Assembly (NCBI GenBank): GCA_965221905.1
Contig: OZ244922.1
Coordinates: 2,552,119-2,584,118, forward strand
Source of the DNA: Chloroflexota bacterium
GTDB taxonomy: Bacteria; Chloroflexota; UBA11872; VXOZ01
Direction of reading: 5' to 3'
DNA: 32,000 nucleotides
Translations under genes and position numbers: made by a program
Shown here: piece after piece, positions 9,546-16,154 of the stretch
How the letters are laid out: each line of letters starts with the position of its first letter
Position numbering within the stretch: position 1 is the first letter of the stretch
Notes under the pieces: generated by a model
Seen by the model: the letters and a program-made list of their open reading frames with translations, nothing else
What the model was told of the DNA's origin: nothing
The model's database searches: none

Positions 9546-10743
9546 CAATCTTGTGATCTATGTGATCGCGCACCAGCCCCGGCGTGTGCGATTGCCCGCC
9601 AACGTAATCCCTCCCGGTGCCGCTCCGCAAGATATGGCGCGGCTGCTCTTCGACGAGGAGATGAACGAACGGTATTTTCGCAAGGTTGCCCGCTACTGCT
9701 ATAAACCCGCCACTGAACTATGGCTGCGGTTGCTCGACTCCGGTCTCAAGCTCTGCTTCGGCATCTCGTTCTCCTTGATAGAGCAGGCGCAGCGGTGGGA
9801 CCCAAGCGTGCTCGAAGGCTTCAAGCGCGTCGTCTCCCACCCCAATACGGAACTGATTGGCGTCGATCCCTACCATTCGTTCCTCTTGCTGATAGACCTG
9901 CCTGCTTTCACGGCGCGGATGGAATCTATGGCGGACGAGCTATCGGACCTCTTTGGGAAACGACCCATCGTAACCGATACAACCGAAATGCTCATGTCGG
10001 AAACCATTGTCAGCGCGCTGGACAAAGCCGGCTTTCGCGGCGCCCTCATGGACGGGAGGGAATGGATGCTGGGATGGCGACAACCCACGCATCTCTACTA
10101 TCATCGCCCGGGCGTCAAGCTGCTTGCGCGTCACTATGAACTGAGCGACGACGTTGGGTACCGCTTCTCTCAGCGCCAGTGGGCGGGGTGGCCCCTCATG
10201 GCGGACGACTATGCCCGTTGGGTGCGAAACGCCGACGGCCCGTTTGTGATGGTGGGCTGGGACTTCGAGACTTTCGGCGAGCACCAGTACTACGACAGCG
10301 GAGTCTTTGAATTCATGGAGGCGCTGCCCCGCTACCTTAAACACGAGGGTGTCACACCGGCTACGGCTACAGAGGTGATCGACAATTACGGCGGCCAAGC
10401 TAATCGGATTACACTGCCGCCTTTCCCCGGGACCTGGGCAGGTTCAGGGGGCTCTGAGTTCTTCCTCGGCAACGAACCGCAGCGCGCCATCTTCCAGCTT
10501 ATGACTGCCTGCTATCAGAAGGCGCGACTCACAGGGAATGAGCAGCTCATCGACCTCGCCCTCTGGCTCTCTCAATCCGACAATCTCCACCTGATCCATT
10601 GGTGGGGCCGCTGGGGCTCCGAAGCCGAAGTGTCCGTCTACTTCATGCCGGATGAATGGTGGGGCCTGGGCGTGGACGGCATCATCTGGGAGCAGCAGTG
10701 CGTTTACAAGAATTTCCTGAGCGCGTTAGGCTACTTTCTCTAG
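9538..10743 (+). CDS. GH57-family-like glycoside hydrolase / alpha-glucan-active enzyme (small, catalytic-domain-only form)
   Basis: HQP motif near the N-terminus (VIAHQPRR, GH57 region I). WDFETFGEH resembles GH57 region IV (DGEKFG, acid/base Asp). SQSDNLHLIHWWG resembles region V. The call is from motif memory only. Confidence 0.62.
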   Translation: MADNLVIYVIAHQPRRVRLPANVIPPGAAPQDMARLLFDEEMNERYFRKVARYCYKPATELWLRLLDSGLKLCFGISFSLIEQAQRWDPSVLEGFKRVVSHPNTELIGVDPYHSFLLLIDLPAFTARMESMADELSDLFGKRPIVTDTTEMLMSETIVSALDKAGFRGALMDGREWMLGWRQPTHLYYHRPGVKLLARHYELSDDVGYRFSQRQWAGWPLMADDYARWVRNADGPFVMVGWDFETFGEHQYYDSGVFEFMEALPRYLKHEGVTPATATEVIDNYGGQANRITLPPFPGTWAGSGGSEFFLGNEPQRAIFQLMTACYQKARLTGNEQLIDLALWLSQSDNLHLIHWWGRWGSEAEVSVYFMPDEWWGLGVDGIIWEQQCVYKNFLSALGYFL

Positions 10744-12305
10744 CGCCGTTCTGCAGCAGTAGCACTCCCCTTCGGTACCGGTCCCTGTTGGTAATTGGGA
10801 AACCGGCGCGCCCGGTCGTCCCCGGATGCAGACCCGCGAATCCCTGATGCGCTCATGCGCTCGTCGGCGCGTGCTTTCCATTTGGCGTAGTTCGGTGAGC
10901 GCAGGAAGGCGCCGTCCGGTTGCACGACCAGTTTGCCGCCTTGACCGCGTGGGTCGCCACGCTCCTCATTGACGCGCGCAAGCAGGCTGCGCATTGCCTC
11001 AATTCTATCTTTCGCTGCCGGATTCCCGGCAAGGTCGTGGCACTCCTGGGGATCCTCGATAAGATCAAAATACTGTTCCTTGCCCGTATGGTGGAACCAG
11101 GTGTACTTCTCGCGCTTATTCACGATGAACTGCATGCCGTTCTCTCTGCCATGGAGATTCGTCTGCTCCCCTTGCAAGTACTCACGCCAGTCAGTGGGCT
11201 CCCCTCTTGCCAGAGGAATTACGCTCTTCCCATCGACGCAATCCGGGATGTCCACCGCGGCGGCATCGAGCACCGTCGGCATGATGTCCCGCACTTCGAT
11301 TATCTCATCGCACACGCCACCGCGAGCCTCGCTCCAAGTATCCGGGTACTTGATGAAGAAGGGTATGCGCGAAGAACCGTCGTAGGAATAGCCCTTTCGC
11401 CACAAACAGTGGTCGCCAAGCATGTCGCCGTGGTCTGACGTAAAGACGAAGAAGGTATTCCTCATTGCCGCCCGCTCAAGCCGTCCGAATTCATACAAGA
11501 ATCGTCCCACCTGATGATCGATGAACGAGATGGCGCCGTAGTAGGCTGCTCTTGTCCGGTGCACTTGAGCATCCGTTGCCCGTCCCTTCCAAGCCGAAAT
11601 GCTCGTGATCGGCTCATCGTACATTTCGGCCCAGTCACCTTGCGGCGGCATCGGAATGTCGGGGTTGTCTTTGTACATGTCAAAGTAGACCGGCGGCGGA
11701 TCGTACGGCGCATGGGGACGCGAAAACGATAACCACAAGAAGAAGGGACACGTGGGGTCCCGCCGCTCGATGAACTTGACGGCCTCACTCGCCGTCCAAT
11801 ACGTAGGATGCAGGTGTTCCGGCAGGTGGCTCGGCCGGGCCATCCAGCTATTCCACTCCAGTCCATGATCCAGGTCGCCGAATTTGCCGGCGGTCTGCTC
11901 GCGCAGCCAAATCTTGTAGTCGGTTTCAAGCCCACGCCCTGTGCTGTCCTGCACCGCGTTGAAGAATCCGTAGAGGGCACGGCGGGGAAATTGGTCTGAT
12001 TTCCCGATGCTCTGGGTATGGTACCCGGCTTTCATGAGCTCGCCCGCCAACGTCGCCGGAAAGTCCAGCGCGTCGTAGCCCGCGCCGCCGCCTAGGCGAC
12101 CGTGGGTCCATTGGTCCATCCCTGTCATCATGGCGGCACGCGACGGCAAGCAGGACGGCGAAGCGGTATAACACCGCGAAAACTTTACTCCTTGTGACGC
12201 CAGGTCATCGAGATAGGGAGTCTCCAAGACCGGGTTGGCATATCCTACACAGTCCGATCGTTGCTGATCGGTGACAATCACGACAATGTTTGGACGTACT
12301 GGCAT
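10740..12305 (-). CDS. Cys-type (formylglycine-dependent) sulfatase, no signal peptide
   Basis: IVVIVTDQQRSD, sulfatase signature SPSCLPSRAAMMTG (C-x-P-x-R) and FTSDHGDMLGDH. The ATG at 12305 is preceded by GAGGAG. The N-terminus starts directly with the catalytic domain, so the protein is predicted cytoplasmic. Confidence 0.88.
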   Translation of the reverse strand: MPVRPNIVVIVTDQQRSDCVGYANPVLETPYLDDLASQGVKFSRCYTASPSCLPSRAAMMTGMDQWTHGRLGGGAGYDALDFPATLAGELMKAGYHTQSIGKSDQFPRRALYGFFNAVQDSTGRGLETDYKIWLREQTAGKFGDLDHGLEWNSWMARPSHLPEHLHPTYWTASEAVKFIERRDPTCPFFLWLSFSRPHAPYDPPPVYFDMYKDNPDIPMPPQGDWAEMYDEPITSISAWKGRATDAQVHRTRAAYYGAISFIDHQVGRFLYEFGRLERAAMRNTFFVFTSDHGDMLGDHCLWRKGYSYDGSSRIPFFIKYPDTWSEARGGVCDEIIEVRDIMPTVLDAAAVDIPDCVDGKSVIPLARGEPTDWREYLQGEQTNLHGRENGMQFIVNKREKYTWFHHTGKEQYFDLIEDPQECHDLAGNPAAKDRIEAMRSLLARVNEERGDPRGQGGKLVVQPDGAFLRSPNYAKWKARADERMSASGIRGSASGDDRARRFPNYQQGPVPKGSATAAERR

Positions 12306-12447
12306 GGCTAACTCCTCGTAGACCTGTAATCGCTCATAGTGTTCCGTGGCAGTATCCAGATTTCAGAAAACTCTTTTTCAACATGGTGTAGCCCGGCAGC
12401 AAGCTTTAGGGAAATGCTGGTGCTGTACGGGGGAATACTTCCCCGGA

Positions 12448-12479
12448 CGTTCATGCTTCGACAAGCTCAGCACGAACGG
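12448..12479 (+). repeat. REP-like hairpin element (CGTTCATGCT-TCGACAAGCTC-AGCACGAACGG)
   Basis: Same core and outer arms as 14332-14364. It lies between the oxidoreductase stop (12527) and the sulfatase start (12305). It is immediately followed by a second hairpin, GGGGAA-TAC-TTCCCC (12430-12444). Confidence 0.85.
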
Positions 12480-12526
12480 CTGGGAAGTGCTATGCATTCC
12501 AAATAGCCTCTAACTAGAAGTACCAC

Positions 12527-13759
12527 CTAAGCAGAAGCCGATGCCAGCTCCTCCGCCACGAATTCTTTTATATTAATCCACTCACCGTTACGGCTGATCG
12601 ACTCCTCCGCTGCCAAACAGATGACCGTGCTCTCCATACCGGCTTCCGGCGCCACCGGCGCGGGCTTGTCGTGAGCGACGCAGTCCAAGAAGCGGAAAGC
12701 TTGCGTCAGGTCGCCGGAATGCCCCGGCAGGTTGCTGTCTCGGCTGACCTTATATACGGCATGGTCGTTAAGCGGACTGCGCCCGAAGACCTCGACCGAG
12801 CCGCCCTTCACGACTATGCGCCCGTTGTCGCCAATCGCATCCAAGACTGCCTTCGGCCCACTTGAAGCTGTAGCAAACAAGCAAAGCTGCAGGCAACCCC
12901 GGGCGCCGTTCTCATACTCTACGAGAACCCACGCGTGGTCGATGACATCGGTGTTTTCGGTAAGAACATGTTGGCCGCCGATGCCCATCACACGCTGCGG
13001 CTTAGAATCGACGAACCAGTTGAAGAGATCGAAGTCGTGGCAGTTTTTTTCGTTCAGCGCGCCGCCGCTCTGCGCCTGACTATACCGCCAGGGAGTCGGA
13101 GCAAATGGGTGTCGAATCGACTGGGCGGTTATCATCTGGGGACGGCCGATTTGACCGGTAGCAACAACCTCACGGGCCTTCGTCACGGCCGGGTTGGATC
13201 GCTCGTTAAGTCCCATGTACATTTTACCGCCGCTGCGATGCGCGGCGTCCACAATTGCCTGGCAGTCCGCCACGGTCGTCGCCAGCGGCTTGTCGCACAG
13301 CACCCATGCCCCCGTGTCGAGCGCCGCAACGGCAATCTCGCGATGCGCAAAGTTGGCGCTGACCACGACCACGGCATCCAGCGCGGCCTCATCCAGCATC
13401 TGCCGATAGTCGGTATAGGTCTTGGGCGGCTCCCTGCCAAGCTCCTCAGTCAGGATCTGCGTCGCCACATCAAGGTGTTCGTCCTTGATATCGCAGACGG
13501 CCACAATCTCGGCGCTCAGATCCCGTATCTCAACGATCCCGTACTCCTTGAGGCTGCGCGCATACTGCTTGTACATCTCTTCCGGGTAGGCTATGTCACG
13601 CGATTCACGCAGCACGGTTCCCCAATACGACGTCCGCTTCGTATGGCTCCAGTGCCGGTCCGCGCCCAGGTACGAACGACGGTCAACCTCACTGATCCAC
13701 CGCAGATAGTTCTGCCCGCGGCCGCCGATACCAACCACCCCCACGCGAATTGCGCTCAT
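12527..13759 (-). CDS. Gfo/Idh/MocA family NAD(P)-dependent oxidoreductase with an N-terminal insertion
   Basis: IRVGVVGIGGRGQ Rossmann motif, VAVCD strand, VLCDKPLA (EKP-type motif) and a C-terminal alpha/beta domain. About 56 extra residues sit between the GxGxxG helix and the VAVCD strand. Confidence 0.85.
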   Translation of the reverse strand: MSAIRVGVVGIGGRGQNYLRWISEVDRRSYLGADRHWSHTKRTSYWGTVLRESRDIAYPEEMYKQYARSLKEYGIVEIRDLSAEIVAVCDIKDEHLDVATQILTEELGREPPKTYTDYRQMLDEAALDAVVVVSANFAHREIAVAALDTGAWVLCDKPLATTVADCQAIVDAAHRSGGKMYMGLNERSNPAVTKAREVVATGQIGRPQMITAQSIRHPFAPTPWRYSQAQSGGALNEKNCHDFDLFNWFVDSKPQRVMGIGGQHVLTENTDVIDHAWVLVEYENGARGCLQLCLFATASSGPKAVLDAIGDNGRIVVKGGSVEVFGRSPLNDHAVYKVSRDSNLPGHSGDLTQAFRFLDCVAHDKPAPVAPEAGMESTVICLAAEESISRNGEWINIKEFVAEELASASA

Positions 13760-13941
13760 AGGTCAAGATCCTCGTTTCTGTTTAATCGTAACTGTGGGCA
13801 AGAATCCGATATGTAACCGAGAGATTGCCTGCCAAGGCACTGTAGCGCAAAGTCTCCGTTTGTCAGCTTAGTAGCCCATCCGCCCTGAACACCGACCACC
13901 ACACCTTGAAAGCCAAGACAACTCCTGAGCCTGCCCCCATA

Positions 13942-14331
13942 CCGTTCGCCCTGAGCTTGTCGAAGGGCCGTTCGCCCTGAGCTTGTCGAAGGGCCGTTCG
14001 CCCTGAGCTTGTCGAAGGGCCGTTCGCCCTGAGCTTGTCGAAGGGCCGTTCGCCCTGAGCTTGTCGAAGGGCCGTTCGCCCTGAGCTTGTCGAAGGGCCG
14101 TTCGCCCTGAGCTTGTCGAAGGGCCGTTCGCCCTGAGCTTGTCGAAGGGCCGTTCGCCCTGAGCTTGTCGAAGGGCCGTTCGCCCTGAGCTTGTCGAAGG
14201 GCCGTTCGCCCTGAGCTTGTCGAAGGGCCGTTCGCCCTGAGCTTGTCGAAGGGCCGTTCGCCCTGAGCTTGTCGAAGGGCCGTTCGCCCTGAGCTTGTCG
14301 AAGGGCCGTTCGCCCTGAGCTTGTCGAAGGG
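13942..14331. repeat. perfect tandem array, 15 copies of the 26-bp unit CCGTTCGCCCTGAGCTTGTCGAAGGG
   Basis: Read directly from the sequence. The period is exactly 26 bp (13942 + 15 x 26 = 14332) and I saw no substitutions. Each unit contains a GCCCT/AGGGC inverted repeat around the 11-nt core GAGCTTGTCGA. A degenerate partial copy may precede it (13923-13941). Confidence 0.95.
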
Positions 14332-14364
14332 CCGTTCATGGTTCGACAAGCTCACCACGAACGG
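14332..14364 (+). repeat. full REP-like hairpin element capping the array (CCGTTCATGGT-TCGACAAGCTC-ACCACGAACGG)
   Basis: 10 of 11 bp are complementary between the arms, around an 11-nt core. The core is the reverse complement of the core in the adjacent array units. Confidence 0.85.
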
Positions 14365-14407
14365 CACTGGCAGTCGTTCTGGCCAACCATTGTGTCACCC
14401 TCTAAGC

Positions 14408-14442
14408 CACATCTCCGCAGAGAAGTGTTCCGCGGAGATGTG
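14408..14442 (-). terminator. degenerate copy of the same terminator hairpin downstream of SBP gene 1 (11-bp stem, 13-nt loop, no U tract)
   Basis: CACATCTCCGC-agagaagtgttcc-GCGGAGATGTG lies 45 nt after the stop and is homologous to 16075-16111. The lack of a U-rich tail suggests leaky termination into the repeat array. Confidence 0.45.
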
Positions 14443-14486
14443 TTCTTGGACTAAATGGTTGCCAAAGTTGCCGTTCTAGCCTCTTA

Positions 14487-15857
14487 CTATCCCCTACCGG
14501 TCTCATCCAATCGCGCGTTCCACAACTTATCCAACTCGCGCGTAACCTCTTCCACCGAGGTCGTGCCTTCCCAGATCTTTGGCAGCAACTCACGTGCGAT
14601 ACCGTTAAAGGAAACGCCATCCCAACTGTGGGAATAGGGCACTACTGCGAAGTCAGGATTCTGGAGAAAGACGTGCCGATTCGCCGGCTTCTGCAAATGC
14701 GTATTCCAGAAGTACTCGTTTGCCTCTCTGTGCGCGGTTGGCGACCCAGCAACGAATGCTATTGCCCGGGCAAGCGCCCACTCGCCGCCGTCAGAGTTCG
14801 TATACCACTTCAGCACTTCCCACGCGGCATCAGGCGCATTGGTATTGCTGAAAATGCCGGCCCCGCCCGGAATGAAGAACGTCACTCTTCCCTCCGGCCC
14901 TTGCGGGATAAGACCGATCTCAAAATCCAGTCCTTCTACGGCAGCCAGCCTTACCGCGGCCCACTCCGGCAGGAATGACATCGAAACTACGCCTTGGGAA
15001 ATTCCGTTTCTCCATCCCAGCGTCGGATAAGGATGAACACGGTCCTTCAACATCAGGTCGGCGAGGTATTGCAACGCCGTAATGGAACCGGGATCCGTCA
15101 CGACCGACTTCGTATTCTCCTCGACAAGGAAGCCGCCCCCGTAGGAGCGCAGCACATGGTCGAGACGCACCAGGCGAAACTCTACCCCCCACGCCTCCGG
15201 TTCGCCGTCATTATTGGCGTCCTTAGTCAGCTTGCGCGCCGCTTCAGCGACGTCGTCCCAATTCCAGTTTTCGTCAGGTTCTTCGACACCCGCTTCGGCG
15301 AAGTGCTGCTTGTTATAGTAGAGCCCCTCAGTAGCATAGTTCCACGGCAGGCACCACAGGCCGCCTTCCGGTACGCGGTAGTAGTCCGTGACGCGCGGAT
15401 AGTACACGTCGATGTCGAACGAATTATCCGCCTTGGCATAGTCATCCAAGTTGACGAGGTTGCCGTCCACGGCGTACGTTAGGTGCGGGCCGGACATATG
15501 CACCACGTCCGACGCGGCGCCGGCAGCGACAAAGATGCGGATGTTCTCTTGATAGTTTCCCGCTCCCGCGACGATCAAATTGATCTGAATATCGGGATGC
15601 TTCTCATGGAAGTTCGCGAGCAAAGTGTCGAACGTTTCGGCGTTGCGCCCCGCAAACGGCCCGATGAAGAAGTCAACGACGGTCGGCTCGGCAGGCTCAG
15701 GTGGCTTCTGCTCCTCTTTGGGCGCCATTGCCTCCTTTTCTGCCGGTGCCGGCGTCGTCACGACGGTACCGCAAGCCGCCAAACCCAAGGCAACAAACGA
15801 TCCACCGATGCCCTGCAAGATTCGTCGCCTGCTTGTTTTACCGGCAATTGCCTTCAT
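14487..15857 (-). CDS. ABC transporter extracellular solute-binding protein (family 1, sugar-type), Tat signal plus lipobox
   Basis: SRRRILQGIGG...LGLAACG (twin-arginine plus lipobox), then a Pro/Glu/Lys-rich linker and an SBP fold. The ATG at 15857 is preceded by AGGAGGG with 7-nt spacing, the same context as its paralog. The track start at 15893 would sit 5 nt from the predicted -10 box. Confidence 0.85.
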   Translation of the reverse strand: MKAIAGKTSRRRILQGIGGSFVALGLAACGTVVTTPAPAEKEAMAPKEEQKPPEPAEPTVVDFFIGPFAGRNAETFDTLLANFHEKHPDIQINLIVAGAGNYQENIRIFVAAGAASDVVHMSGPHLTYAVDGNLVNLDDYAKADNSFDIDVYYPRVTDYYRVPEGGLWCLPWNYATEGLYYNKQHFAEAGVEEPDENWNWDDVAEAARKLTKDANNDGEPEAWGVEFRLVRLDHVLRSYGGGFLVEENTKSVVTDPGSITALQYLADLMLKDRVHPYPTLGWRNGISQGVVSMSFLPEWAAVRLAAVEGLDFEIGLIPQGPEGRVTFFIPGGAGIFSNTNAPDAAWEVLKWYTNSDGGEWALARAIAFVAGSPTAHREANEYFWNTHLQKPANRHVFLQNPDFAVVPYSHSWDGVSFNGIARELLPKIWEGTTSVEEVTRELDKLWNARLDETGRG

Positions 15858-15897
15858 GCTCGCACCCTCCTGCATAACTTCAATCTGCTTCAAGTCG

Positions 15898-15927
15898 AGT
15901 ATATGCTACCATACTGCGCATCCTCAA
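15898..15927 (-). promoter_or_regulatory. candidate sigma-70-type promoter of SBP gene 1 (TTGAGG-N18-TATACT)
   Basis: Minus-strand reading of 15898-15927. It is paralogous to the promoter-like sequence upstream of SBP gene 2. Confidence 0.35.
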
Positions 15928-16074
15928 TGCAGTCTAGCCCGCTCGCAGCCTTTACTGCACACGAAGTATCCCTGCCCAGCAGAGGTTTACCGCGCCGTCA
16001 GCCCCTCTTAATGCGCTCACCCTTCACGATCTGTGATCGCGCACGTGAGTTAGGAAGTCTCACTGCAAACGAAA

Positions 16075-16111
16075 ACACATCTCCGCAGAGACATGCTCTG
16101 CGGAGATGTGT
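16075..16111 (-). terminator. intrinsic terminator of SBP gene 2 (16-bp stem, 5-nt loop, U-rich tail)
   Basis: ACACATCTCCGCAGAG-acatg-CTCTGCGGAGATGTGT lies 44 nt after the stop. On the minus strand it is followed by TTTCGTTTGCAG. Confidence 0.65.
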
Positions 16112-16154
16112 GCTTGGACTTAACAGTTGCAAGAGATGCCGATCTCGTCTCCTA

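Noticed and set aside
13942-14331. Possible CRISPR array
   Set aside because: The units are directly abutting with no spacers, the repeat is 26 bp with period 26, and there are no cas genes in the window.
13756-14367. 203-aa minus-strand ORF (and the overlapping 158-aa ORF 13863-14339) translating MPFVVSLSNHERPFDKLRANGPSTSSGRTALRQAQGERPFDKLRANG...
   Set aside because: The ORF is created entirely by the 26-bp DNA repeat. The period is not a multiple of 3, so the 78-bp peptide period simply cycles through all three frames, all of which are stop-free. There is no RBS, and the putative start lies inside a REP-like hairpin. This is a non-coding repeat, not a repeat protein.
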